Below are positions 1-13,090 of a stretch of DNA of 64,000 nucleotides, piece after piece. A program made the translations under genes and the position numbers. Position 1 is the first letter of the stretch, and every line of letters begins with the position of its first letter. The stretch covers positions 102,362,001-102,426,000 of the forward strand of contig OX597815.1 of the NCBI GenBank assembly GCA_951406725.2, given 5' to 3'. The DNA is from Octopus vulgaris. Taxonomy: Eukaryota. The notes beneath the pieces are model-generated. The model saw only the letters and a list, made by a program, of their open reading frames with translations, ran no database searches and was not told the origin of the DNA.

Positions 1-1144
1 ATCATACTCAGTCACAAAACAGGCAAAGGAATATCTAAGTGAACTCCGAATACAACCAATTTCGGAATTAGAGATAGATATACAAGAAACAAGCACAGAA
101 AAAGCTAGGCGCATGAAAACCCGTGCCAAAACTGCGGCCTTAGATATTCTGAATAATAAATGGCAAGAAAAACCTCTCTATGGCAAATACCCAAAGAGAG
201 CGAATAATGCAGATATCGACAAAGCCCTGACCCATCAATGGCTAATGGCCTCTGGCTTAAAATCTGAAACAGAGGGGTTTATCATAGCAGCTCAAGATCA
301 ATGCCTACCAACAAGAAACTACCAGGCCAACATATTAAAGATCAGAAGCAGTCCAACGTGTCGTGTATGCAAGCAACAAAATGAAACCATTGACCATGTG
401 GTCTCCAAGTGCAGTCTTCTAGCGCCTACAGAGTATCTCAACAGGCACGATAGAGCTGCACAATATATTCACTGGGTAATCTGTAAAAACCTGGATTTGC
501 CCCATGAAAAAAACTGGTGGGAACACAAACCACCCCCAGTGCTTGAAAATGACCACATCTCACTCCTCTGGAACTTCACCATTCAAACTGACAGGAAGAT
601 AGATGCAAATAGGCCAGACATCATATTGAAAAACTTCAAACAAAGAACATGCCTCCTCATTGATATGACTGTCCCAATCGATATAAACGTATCTGTCAAG
701 ACCTACCAAAAACTGAGCAAATATAAAGATCTTGAAATAGAAATCAGCAAAATGTGGAAGCTGAAGACTAAAACAATACCTGTTGTCATAGGTGCCCTGG
801 GAATGATAGCAAAAGGGGCTGATAGCTACCTAACTCAGATACCAGGAAACCCAAAAATGGCAGAAGTTCAAAAGATAGTGCTCATGGGAACTGCTCATAT
901 CCTACGCAAAATACTCTCTATGTAATCTCAAGGTTTAAAACAAACATAATTTTCGGTTTAAAAAAAAAAAAAAAAAAAAAAACTTTTTTTTTTTTAGACA
1001 TTCATTAGTACAACATCCCCACCCCCCAAATATATGGCACACTAGGCATAACAACAACATGAACTTCCAACCCTGTTGTCTCTTGAGGTCTCTGGGTGAG
1101 ACTTGGAGCCAACTTGTACAAATATAAAGCAAAAGTCAAACATA

Positions 1145-1147
<3 letters not shown>
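1..1147 (+). mobile_element. 3' end of an R4/Dong-like RLE LINE including its 3' UTR, ending in (TAA)n
   Basis: RLE ORF followed by a ~220-bp UTR that runs directly into the TAA tract. Dong elements are known to target TAA repeats. Confidence 0.88.
2..925 (+). CDS. C-terminal part (CCHC zinc knuckle + restriction-like endonuclease) of an R4/Dong-clade non-LTR retrotransposon ORF, running off the left window edge
   Basis: Frame is open from position 2 to TAA at 923-925. Motifs: ETEGFIIAAQDQ, CRVC..ETIDHVVSKC, RHD, LWNFTIQTDRKIDANRPDI, LLIDMTVP, KLSKY, PVVIGALG. Confidence 0.93.
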   Translation, partial: SYSVTKQAKEYLSELRIQPISELEIDIQETSTEKARRMKTRAKTAALDILNNKWQEKPLYGKYPKRANNADIDKALTHQWLMASGLKSETEGFIIAAQDQCLPTRNYQANILKIRSSPTCRVCKQQNETIDHVVSKCSLLAPTEYLNRHDRAAQYIHWVICKNLDLPHEKNWWEHKPPPVLENDHISLLWNFTIQTDRKIDANRPDIILKNFKQRTCLLIDMTVPIDINVSVKTYQKLSKYKDLEIEISKMWKLKTKTIPVVIGALGMIAKGADSYLTQIPGNPKMAEVQKIVLMGTAHILRKILSM

Positions 1148-1590
<443 letters not shown>

Positions 1591-2140
1591 TACAGTACCA
1601 GGCAGTGGTTCTCATGGCTTCTGATCTTAACTGATTTGAAGTGTTATCATGTACATTGTTTTGTCTTGGTATAAAAGATGGGCTACAGCAAATATTCTGC
1701 TCAATAGTACAGATTTGTTTGTCAGTTGTTTGACCTTAACCAGTTGAGAATGTCCTTTAGTGGCTGACGATATGTGCATCTCTGATCACGAGTAGAAGTA
1801 GTGGGGGAGCATCATAGCCATGTGTTGAGAGGGATTCTTTGGGGTTTGAATAATTCACCTCTGGAAACATGGGTGGCTCTTTCAACATCCTTAAACAACC
1901 CTTATTCAGAGACCTTTTGAGCGGGATGGGCTACTCAACCAGAAGAAAATTCTAACTGGGCCCCACCTGCAAGGTCATGTGCTGTTTATCTTCATATGAG
2001 ATCACCATGTCGCGCACATATGGTTGTGATGCATGTGCCTGGTGTACCTTTATCAGACGGGTAGTCATGATGGGTATATTGGGCTTCGTATATTTTACCC
2101 CAGTGTCACTTTGATGGCATGCTCTGCTCGCTCACTCAAT
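1591..2140 (+). mobile_element. ~550-bp non-coding interspersed element flanked by (TAA)n; putative non-autonomous retroposon (copy 1)
   Basis: Homologous copies at 41800-42320(-), 49657-50098(+) and 50761-50983(-), all bounded by TAA repeats. Confidence 0.85.
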
Positions 2141-2406
<266 letters not shown>

Positions 2407-2624
2407 TAGAGAATATGATTGCAAGCTTACAGGGAAAAATTCAATTTAGTAATACTAAATCAAGTTTCACAATATATAATATATACTAATTATATACTTT
2501 TTATTTATTATTTCGTACTATATTTAGTTCTAGGTAAATGTTTTATTGCATCTTTAATTTTTTCTATATAGTATGATTTAATTATATCATTGTTGAATTG
2601 TTACATGGTGGTTCTTCTCTAATT

Positions 2625-2683
<59 letters not shown>

Positions 2684-2686
<3 letters not shown>

Positions 2687-2903
2687 AGACCCTCCTGTCG
2701 AAGACGACTTATGAGCATTCAGCTTTGCCGATTGATCTGCACAAATGATTTGTTTATAGTGATAAAATGTTGGTGTCGCACATTAGCTCACTGTCACTAT
2801 CAAATCGACGCGATCGCAGCGCAACGCGAGATGAAGTGTTTTGCTCAAGAACACAACGTACCACCCGCTCTAGGAATTGAAATTACAACCTTGCGATCGT
2901 GAG
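2684..2903 (-). mobile_element. Degraded tRNA-derived SINE with CORE-like domain
   Basis: Minus strand reads cacgatcgcaaggttgtaatttcaattcc...gttgtgttcttgagcaaaacacttc; similar to copies at 17986, 40127 and 55122. Confidence 0.7.
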
Positions 2904-3161
2904 ATCGTTATATATGTATATATATAATGAATAGCATATGACGAAACCATGGTATGCTTTCTGACTCTTTAATGATCTCATTATAATGACTTTTATGACT
3001 TTTATTACTACCTCAGTCCATCTAAATGTATATATCTGTCGTTACCTTTGAGAAAATGCCTTTTCTTTTTTTATTTACAATGGGCATTTTCGTTGATTTT
3101 TCTTATTTTGCCCTTACATTTCCACGTGTATTTTCTATTTTCTTTTTGTAACATATTTCTA

Positions 3162-3193
<32 letters not shown>

Positions 3194-3197
<4 letters not shown>

Positions 3198-3802
3198 AAT
3201 GTGAGGATAAAATTCTTTTCGAAAAAAAATATTTTCTCGAAAACAATTTTATCAATGGCCAGCATATTAAAAAATACCTTTAACGGTTAAATTTATATAA
3301 TTCATAAATGAGGGCAAGGGAAAAAAAATTTCTAATGCCAAATATGCCGTAAAATTGGACATATTAACCGTATAATGTTTTCCCAATACGCACGCTACTC
3401 GAATAAAGGTCGACAGAAATTTCTAAAAAATTCCATTATTACCATATCGGACCGATTTCAGAGTTAGCTACTAAGAGCCCTCTCTTCGTCAGTGATACAT
3501 GTGGTAAAAGAAATAAATGAGATACTTACTCATACCCATGAAAGATGCAAACACTAAGTCATGGGCACAACTAAGTACCCCAAATACATCCAAAATAGAA
3601 ATACTCCAGCCCATCCGAGGCACATGCGATTTGAACTGAGGCTCTCACAGAGTGAGTTAGTTAGTCCGGAAGTGAACGCTTAAATTTATATCAAATGTGA
3701 GGATAAAATTCTTTTCTAAAAAAAAAATTTTCTCGAAAACAATTTTATCAATGGCCAGCATATTTGGCATTAGAAATTTTTTTTCCCTTGCCCTCATTTA
3801 TG

Positions 3803-3803
<1 letters not shown>
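3194..3803 (-). mobile_element. Penelope pLTR / retrozyme-like element with a 75-bp terminal direct repeat, a 46-bp inverted segment and an internal hammerhead, in (TA)n
   Basis: 3194-3268 is repeated at 3690-3764 (offset 496). 3302-3347 is inverted at 3758-3803. Hammerhead motif at 3439-3507(-). Confidence 0.7.
3439..3507 (-). ncRNA. Minimal type-I hammerhead ribozyme motif
   Basis: Minus strand: ttaccacatgtatca-CTGACGA-agag(...)ctct-GAAA-tcgg-TC-cgatatggtaa. Stem II is agag/ctct; stem I is gtatc/gatat plus ttacca/tggtaa, with a mismatch next to the core. Confidence 0.65.
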
Positions 3804-3836
<33 letters not shown>

Positions 3837-4057
3837 ATAATAAAAGGGTAAAATTAATTAATTATTAATTAATTTTACGAAGTAGTGTTCAGTATGTAAA
3901 AAGACCATTTACGGTATATTTAAAACATTACGTTATATAATTAGGGTTCAGTAAAATAATTTACTTTACCACACACCGAACTTTTAGAAATAGCAGCCAA
4001 AAAATCTTAGCTATTTCTTCTACTATAAGAAAAATCTCCAGACAATCCATATATATA

Positions 4058-4158
<101 letters not shown>

Positions 4159-5220
4159 ATATATGTATCTATGTATGTTTCTGTTCACTGTTTTACTTTT
4201 TAATCCACAAAGCGACAATTTGCATTCAATCAAATGTTAGAGACGTGAAAACTGCTACGTGAGAACTGGATGTAAAGTTGTTATAATTGATTTACATATA
4301 GCTCCAGAGTTAAAATAAATGAAAACCGCAGAATTGATGTCTTTTTCGTGTTTTACAATTATAAAATCATCCCATGAACCTGATAAGGAAAACTTCTTGT
4401 TGATAGAAACGATGATTACAATTAAATTAAAACATCGGGTCATCCCGCGAACGGCCTGTTTTTTTTTTTTCCATCTATTCTCATCACTAAGTCGGTAATT
4501 TTAATGAAGATTTTTGTTTTGTTTACAACATTAGGTATGTTAGCATCTATCATATATTACGCAGCATTCTGAGGAGATTTCTCTTCATGTGATTCTTTTA
4601 ATTTACAACAGCATTCTCTGTTCATCCATAAAACTCCTATATCTCTCTAGTCGTGGTAAAATCTAGCGGTCTCAGTTAGACTATGCTACACTGATGAGCT
4701 CTGATAATCTAAAAGATTTTGTCATCATACTGCTAAATAGCAGACTCACTCTACACTGCAATCCGTAGTTAATTAATTTTAGTTAATTAAAATTTTGGGA
4801 TTATTGACTTCTATCTATCTTGTGCATAATTAGTGATTTAGAAAGTGATTGTTCTCATCATTAAATGTGAAACTATAATTAAAATTTCTTAAATTGTTAC
4901 ATTTAATATGCTGGTATCTATTTTACCATGAAACGATTTAATGTTATGTTTTTTTCTCTTATTGGTTACATTAATTGGAGTGCGCCCATGTTGGGGCACT
5001 GCTTCAATGTTTTTTTTCCTCTGGAATTTATATGAATGGTCTCGTATACAGTGACACAATTCGGTCGGAACATTAAACTTAAAGGCACTTAGATCGTCAT
5101 TTATTGCACTTAATAACTTAGTGTATAATCACGCCATAATCAGAAAGAATAAGTTTTATTTTTTCTTAACAAGCACAGGATATTTATATTTGAAATCCTC
5201 ATAAATCTTATTTTATCCCT

Positions 5221-5602
5221 TATTTGCTTCAGCCATTGGATTGCTGGTCAAGCTGGAGCACAAAAGAATTTAGCCAAACAAATCAAAATCAGTATTTGTT
5301 TTCAGTCTGGCGCTTATTCTATCGTCTCTTTTGCAGAAGTGCTTATTTACGGAGACGTAAACAAACCAACACCGGTTGTCAAGCGGTGATAAGACCCCCC
5401 CCCACACACACACACATACACGCACACATATACATACATACGTATATGTATATACATGTATATATTTATATATTCGATGGGCTTCCATGCAGTTTCCGTG
5501 TACCAAATTTGTTCACAAGGCATTCCTCGTCTCGAGGCTATTGTAGGAGACGCTTATCCAAGGTGCCGCATAGTGGGACTGAACCTGAAACCACGTGATT
5601 GC
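5221..5602 (-). mobile_element. tRNA-derived SINE family A (internal CA/TA microsatellite), degraded
   Basis: Homologous to 16352-16740 and 57003-57360. Confidence 0.8.
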
Positions 5603-6024
5603 TCTAGAGAAAGAGGAAACTCTTAAACAATTGCATCATGACGTCTACAGGAAAAAAATATGAAAAGAATACATCGACAAAGAAGGAATTCTAGGTGGCA
5701 AACGTTCTCATGAGAAAAAAACTGGGGAACTGGTCAGTACTAGAGTTAACAAAAGAATGCGGGAAGAAAGAATGCAATTTCACAAAATCTCGACGTTAAA
5801 TTGGACAAATAAATGAATTTCAACCATCAACACAAACGATTGGTCAGCTACTTCAGATCAGCTTCATCCAATATGACGTCAGATATATCAAGAGATTCTT
5901 TATCACCAGCAAGGCAAATATTATATGTCAGTTCCATTTGTAGCTTGTTTTTTAATTGGTCATTGCAGTTTCTCCCCAATTTCTAGGGTTCATCGAATGC
6001 ACGTGCTTTATTGCTCATATGATG

Positions 6025-6225
6025 TTAAAGATGATGATGATGATGAGGATGATGAAGATGATGATGATGATAATAATGAAGATGATGATGATTACGACGA
6101 CGTTGACGACGACAACTATGATGTGGGGGTGGTGTTGACACTGATGATGATGATGATGATGACGACGACGATGATGACGATGAGGAGGAGGATAATAACG
6201 ATGACGCTTAAGAAGAAAGAGGAAA
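6025..6225. repeat. Compound GAT/GAC low-complexity tract
   Basis: Read directly. Confidence 0.85.
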
Positions 6226-6789
6226 AGGTGATGCATAATTTCACGCTGTGTATGCCCTCTACATTGGTCTACTATATTGATTACCAATAAAATGATGCAT
6301 ATATTAAAGAAAAGTAAGGGAAAAAACCCCAGAAAGAAACCAGAATCAATTCTAGTCTCGATCTACAAAAGTATGGACGTTTACGGATCCTTCTTACTCA
6401 TTTCACCTCTTCTTCCTACATATTCCAAAGAAAAGACAGAAAAAAAAAAACTACTTCAAAGGTGCCATTTAGCGACGGTTATGGGAAGAGATTCTTAGAT
6501 CATTAAAATCCTAGAATATGAAATGTACTAATATTAGCCATCAGCATGTTTCAGAACGTATTTTTGTAAACTTCAAAACATAGGTTGCTGATATTGTTGT
6601 TCTTGCTGCTTCTACTGCTGCTGCTACATCAGCTACTTCGGTTATTGTTGTTTTTTTTGGTTTGTTGTTGCTTTTTCATGATTAACAAGAAAAAAATCTT
6701 TCTAAAGTAGGTTATCTATCTACATATGTATCTCTGTATCTGTCAAGCTTTATCAAGATACTGTCCTCTCTTTCTCCTCTCTCTCTCTC

Positions 6790-6853
<64 letters not shown>

Positions 6854-7766
6854 TGTGTGTGTGTGCGTATGTGTATACATACATATATACGTACATGCAT
6901 ACGTACATACATAGTCATAACAGTAGAGTACATTGACATAGAAGAGCGTTTTTACATTGTATCATGCTGATGATAAGGATGATGATGACAACACTTAAGC
7001 TGGTAATAGTCATCATCATCATCATCATCATCATCGCCGTCATCGTCGTCGTCGTCCTTCTCCTCCCCCTCCTCCTCCTCCTCATCATCATCACCTTCTT
7101 TACCGCGACCACCGCAGTGATGTCGTTCACCTTGTCATAGCAATGGGTTGTCATTTGCTAATGACGATTCCTTCCAATGCCAAACAAGGTTAGATGGAGA
7201 AAATCTATGAGAAAAAGTGCTCCAAGTATGCTCATACTATCTTTTATCCAGATATTTTGCAGGGAATGGTCAATCACAGATTTTTACTATTAGTTCTAGA
7301 AGGTCGATCGATCCCTTTGAAGCTCCCTCGTTCCTCCGTTGGCTCGTAGAAATTCTGAGAGTGATGAGGAGGAAGAAAGGAAAGAGCCTGAGGCTGGTGA
7401 TGAGAATAACTATAACGGCGATGACGCTGAAGACGTCGACCATGACAACGACGATGATGAGGCTGTTCTTGCTGCTGTTGATGAAGAGGATGACAATAAG
7501 AGTGCAATGGTGATGGCAACGACGACGACATTTATGATGCCGAGTGATGCTGTAGCTGCAGCTGGCGAAGATATTAATGATGATAATGATGATGGACACG
7601 AAGATGAAGATCCTAATGAGGCAGAAGGACTTGATGAAGAAGAAGGGGTGTGTGAAAGAGTTGATGGGAAGAAAGTTGATTATGTTTAATTTAAGTAAAC
7701 TTGCCTCTGCAGTTTCATTTTTTTGTATAGCTGTTTTACTACTTCCCTTACTTTCCCCCTTTCCCA

Positions 7767-7856
7767 CTTCTTCTTCTTCTTCTTCTTCTTCTTATTCTAC
7801 CCCCTTCTCCCCTCCTCCTCCTCCTCCTCCTCCTACTACTACTACTACTACTACTT

Positions 7857-7911
<55 letters not shown>

Positions 7912-7927
7912 CACCACCACCACCACC

Positions 7928-7982
<55 letters not shown>

Positions 7983-7985
7983 GTA
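7767..7985. repeat. Compound (CTT)(CCT)(ACT)(ACC) trinucleotide microsatellite
   Basis: Read directly. Confidence 0.95.
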
Positions 7986-8124
7986 GTCCGCTTCGTTATG
8001 GTCGAACACTTCATGATAGGCGACACCTTACAAGTCTCACCAAATACTCACCAAACACAGAGCATAATTTTTTGAGGATGACATTTTTGTTTGGAGAAAG
8101 ATTCTCGTTTTTCATCAGGTGCTA

Positions 8125-8640
8125 ACTGTTATCGTTTTCGTTGTATATGATAATAGAGAACCCACATTTCATCACTTGTGATGATTTTTGCTTAGGCAAG
8201 TTCGCTAGCAAGTTTACTCATCAATGATGAGGAAAAGGAAACTTTTTGATTAAGCTGAGATGCAGTCAGATGATGTGTGCCATACTGGCTATATTTAGAC
8301 ACATTTCCTATTTCTTGAAGGTATTTCATGACCGCACTGTGACTTGAATTGAACTGTTTTGCTAATTTTCGTGCAATTTGCTCTGGATTTTCCTAACCTA
8401 TGGTTTCAGGAGCTCAATATTGGCAGAACTTGGTTGTCTAGATAGGGTAAAAGCTGCAAGAGAAAAATTTTCAGAGAGAAACCGGCCCAAGCATCGTTGG
8501 CAATTACAGCTTCATTTCCATATACAGCACAAAGAAATATTTCTTGCTGCTTTAACGGTCGAAATGCCTCGTCATGTCTCTGATATGGGTTTGAGCTATA
8601 CTCATTTTAAAGGGGTAAAATCGATACAATTTTAACCATT
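8125..8640 (-). pseudogene. Mariner transposase remnant (N-terminal half)
   Basis: Minus strand near 8130-8190 translates KIITSDEMWVLYYHIQRKR, the first catalytic-Asp motif of DD34D transposases. Confidence 0.6.
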
Positions 8641-8997
8641 ATGATATAAAGTAAACTGTAAAGGATACAAAAAAGTAGAAAAACATATTAGAATGAAAAA
8701 ATAATAATATTGTCCTGTAAGCATTGAAAAAACACCCTCAAAGTGATAATGCCACTTTTAGTGACTATATGAAATAGTTACTAATTCATGCAAGTAGTAG
8801 TATAAAGTAAATAAAAGAAGTTGGACATGCTCTGAGAGTGTATAAAAAAGTATTTAGATGTTTTGCAAACAACTTGCACATGCAAGTGCTACCAGTCAAA
8901 AACGCCGTATACCGGAAGCCAGCAAGTGTATGGGGTCATCAGGAGAGAATGCGCGCCGTTTCGGGGCCTACCTCTCATTGATATTGAAGCAATTAAA

Positions 8998-9148
8998 TGG
9001 TTTCAGGTTTGTATGATTTTCAAAAGCGTAAGATATGAGGGCCATGGAGGAGCTGTGTCGAAAATTGTATCATTTCTGATGCAGTTTGCAACACATCTCC
9101 ACATCTCTCAAATCTTACGCTTTTGAAAATCACACAAATGTGAAACCA
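8998..9148. repeat. ~150-bp imperfect palindrome (MITE/foldback-like)
   Basis: tggtttcaggtttgtatgattttcaaaagcgtaagatatgag pairs with ctcaaatcttacgcttttgaaaatcacacaaatgtgaaacca; symmetry continues to the centre tgtatca-tttc-tgatgca. Confidence 0.85.
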
Positions 9149-10246
9149 GTACGTATTTTAATATTAGTATAAGTAAATCATTGTACATACCCTCAGTGCA
9201 TTTTTAGCATCTTTCAATTCACGGTGGGGCTGCAGCATGACCGCAGCCGCATAGCTGAAACGAGTAAAAGAGTAAAAGAATATATATATGTGTGTGTATG
9301 TGTGTATGTGTGTGTGCGTGTGTTTGTATGTGTGTTTGTGTGTGTATGCGTTTGTGTGTATGTGTATGTGCATGTGAGTATGTGTGCGTGTGTGTATGTA
9401 TATAGATATATATGCACATGTATATATATAAGCATACACACATATACGGTGGTAGTGATGCAGATAAATACGAATAGGTTTGATATACATAAATATATAT
9501 TCATACATACATATAGGTACGCATACACTCACACACACACGCGCACACGCACATACATAGCTACACATATTCAGAAGATAAGCACATATGTAGAAGCATA
9601 TAGATATTCATGTATATACAAGACAAATAAATTTTCATTGAGCATAAAAATACACAATACTAAGGAGTGAATGCATAGGTTTTCAACTCGACAGCCCTTT
9701 CTGGAAGCCTAGAATTACATGATAATCATGATGCTCATAATTAGCAGATGGAATTTGCAAAAAAATCATGGGTATGCACCAGTAAGTAGTTGCATAAAGA
9801 TATTACAATAAAACTGGCTTATATATGAACACACACACACACATATATATACATCACCATCTGTGTATCATGCTATATATATAAATGTGATGTATGATGT
9901 GATTTCTGGCTCGTGAGGAAATTTTCTCATACCAATATTGTGTTAAAAATCCAGTATATATATTGGTGCCAAATAAACATCATCGCAACAGTGGCTCGCG
10001 AGAACGAGAGGCGCATTTCGTTCTCCGTGGGGATAGTTAATGCCGTACTCTAGTTTGTCAATGCCTTGACAAAATTTATTCTTCAATACACAAGAACTGA
10101 ATAATACATTCACTGATATTGCGGAAGCTGGCTTCGTTTCGGGAAGTAACATGGTTTTGACATGCCCCAAGAAGAGCTGAACGCATCTGTCGTTCCCGTG
10201 AGTTACTGCTGTGACGGTGTTCATTCACTCAGATATATATATATAA

Positions 10247-10462
10247 GTTTCAAATTCTGGCACAAAGCCAGCAATTACGGGAGAGGGGGTTTAGACGATA
10301 AATTTGACACCTTTGCTTCACTAGTACTAAACTTATCTACCCTGAAAGGGCAAAAAGGCAAAGTCGACCTTGGCAGGATTTGAACTCAGAGCGTAAAGAC
10401 GGACGAGGTGCCGCTAAAGCATTTTGCTCGGTGTGCTAACAATTCTGCCAGCTCGCCGCCTT
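10247..10462 (-). mobile_element. tRNA-derived SINE family B (Nin/Deu-like central domain)
   Basis: Minus strand aggcggcgagctggcagaattgttagc...gagttcaaatcc...gtcgactttgcctttt. Confidence 0.85.
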
Positions 10463-10538
10463 CACTCAGTCTACGAAAAAATTTTCTCTCAGACAAACCA
10501 CATCTTACATTTCAATTTTGTATGATACACAGATGCTG

Positions 10539-10600
<62 letters not shown>

Positions 10601-10604
10601 TAAG

Positions 10605-10670
<66 letters not shown>

Positions 10671-10674
10671 TAAG

Positions 10675-10712
<38 letters not shown>

Positions 10713-10826
10713 CGTTTATATACATACCCACACCAAAGCAAGTATCCATTGTCGATCGATCCATATATACATATATAAACGAATATGTGTGCTTGTGTAC
10801 ATGTGTGTATGTGTTTGTAAAAATAT

Positions 10827-10870
<44 letters not shown>

Positions 10871-11429
10871 GTGTGTGAGCGTGTGTGTGCTTGTGCTTGT
10901 ATAGATTTCACATATCCTGTCGTTTATCAGACTAGATAATGTTTCGTTTTCATGCCATTTTTTTCCGTGTGAGAGAAGAAAATGCACAAACAATGCACTG
11001 AATATATTTACTTCACAAAACAATGGGCAATAATGTAGCAGAATATAAGAATGTGATATACCGCTGGGTTTTCTGATATCCTTGTAGGCTATCATATGAA
11101 GCACTGATAACACATCAATGATTTTTATGAGCCCGCCAGTAGTATTCTCATGTTTACTTCTTTATTCTCGTTTGGAATCCTTCCAATTTTATTCTTTCTC
11201 TCGCTTTGTATTTTTCGACAAGAGCTCGTTAATATGTATATATATATATGTGTGAGTGTGTGAGAGTATGTGTACGTATGAAATTAGTTATGTATGTATG
11301 TACGTATGAAGATGTATATGTATGTGTATGCATGTACGCATGCACACACATATATATGTGCATATATATATATATATATATGTATTTTTGTGCATACATA
11401 TGTACGGTTGAATGTCGTTATTTTCGCAC

Positions 11430-11515
<86 letters not shown>

Positions 11516-11624
11516 ACCGCGGCAGCGGTGGCGATGGTGGTGGCGGCGATGGCGGCGATGGTGGCGGTGGTGGAGGCGGCGGCAGCGGCTGCTGCTGTTG
11601 ATGCTGCTGTTACTGCTGCTGCTG

Positions 11625-11673
<49 letters not shown>

Positions 11674-12072
11674 ACAATTCAAAGGCACACATGCACACGG
11701 GCATAAGTTCTAGTGTGCATATATGTATGTGTATACATATCTATTGCGGCTGTATGTATGCTTTTTAATACTTTTATCGGTGGTTATTTCGAAGAAACAC
11801 CTGATACGCCCTGTTCAGAATATGCTTGTGTATATATATATACTTTATATTACAACATTCACACCTATTTATACAAATATGTACTTTTCTGTCGACGTTA
11901 TATATCCATATGTATATATATATGTATCACACACACATGCATATGGATATGTCATATTGTATAGTATTTAATCTCTCGCTTTTGAACATGCAGAACTTCA
12001 ATTAAAAAGAGATAACTTGTGCTTCACTTTACTCTTTCCCTCTCTCTTTCACACACACATAGACATGCACGA

Positions 12073-12132
<60 letters not shown>

Positions 12133-12179
12133 GTATGTATACGTGTGTGCATGCATCTGTGTGTGTCAGTGTTTGTATA

Positions 12180-13090
12180 CATTGGGGGTAGCCAAAAATG
12201 TCCGTTCAGTATTTTAATCGAAAGTAAGACAAGTTTTAAAAACAAAGCTATATATTCAATCAATGATAATAGTTGCTGTTTCCTTCAAGAACCTTCTTCT
12301 ATTTTGTAGGCAAATCCATTATTCCCTACTCAAAGAAGTTCTTGTCTTTGTGGGTGAAAAGCTCTTGCAGTTAAATTTTTACATCCTCTTCAGATGTTGA
12401 AGGTCTGTCCGTTCAATTAATTTTAAAAGGATCAAAGCGAGTAGAAAACTAAAGGCTCAAGATCGGGCGAATATGGAAGGTGCTGCAAAACTTCAAGACC
12501 AGATTCAGTGACATACGCCACGCCCGCAACGAAGTGTGCGATCTGGTATTGTGATAAAAGACAATGCCACTACGGTTAGTAAATGCTGGACGTTTCTTGT
12601 TGACCGCTGCCTTTATGTTTTCCAGCTGGACAATTTCCTTTTAGTCCTACCAAGTTCAAAGCATAACCTTCCTCGGGCAAAGTCCTGCTTTACAAGTTGT
12701 TCGTGGTCGTTCGCCGCGTAATGCCATCGATGTTGGAGCTTCACATTGTCAAAGACGATCCATTTACGCCTCCTGTCAACATTCTCTTAAAAATAAAGGG
12801 ATCATTTTCTTCAGGTTTCTACAACGAATCGTAGATAGAAAGCCATTGGTTGAGATTAGCCACATTCAATTAATGCGGAACCCAAACATCAAACTGACGT
12901 AAACAAGTAGAAACTGATGTATTTCAACAGTTGACTTGGATATTTGTGGAATACATGCGATAACTCTGATCGTATAACGGGGTTGGTGTCTCTGTTAATC
13001 TGAGATGACCGGCCTGAGCGAGGTGCATCTTCGACCGAAAAATTTCCAGATCGAAATCTTGACAACTAGTTCTGTAGAAACGTCCCGTAA
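12180..13090 (-). mobile_element. Degraded mariner element (transposase pseudogene)
   Basis: Minus-strand motifs WVPH*L (~12880) and LEVLQHLPYSPDLEP (~12470); TIR-like end at 12180. Confidence 0.8.

Noticed and set aside
1760-1800. CTGACGA inside the TAA-associated element as a hammerhead
   Set aside because: No downstream GAAA with a matching stem II
5620-5900. Possible RTE LINE 3' remnant
   Set aside because: Too degraded to support from translation by eye
7339-7689. 116-aa acidic ORF as a host exon
   Set aside because: Low-complexity degenerate GAT/GAA repeats among other trinucleotide tracts; no recognisable domain and a non-ATG start
8925-8975. GAAA...CTGATGA on the minus strand as a type-II hammerhead (also ~31910)
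   Set aside because: The flanks that should form stem II do not pair and stems I/III cannot be drawn
10541-10710. Duplicated aatataagtatg within (TA)n (similar cases at 13610 and 52230)
   Set aside because: Ordinary slippage duplication or assembly artefact within a microsatellite
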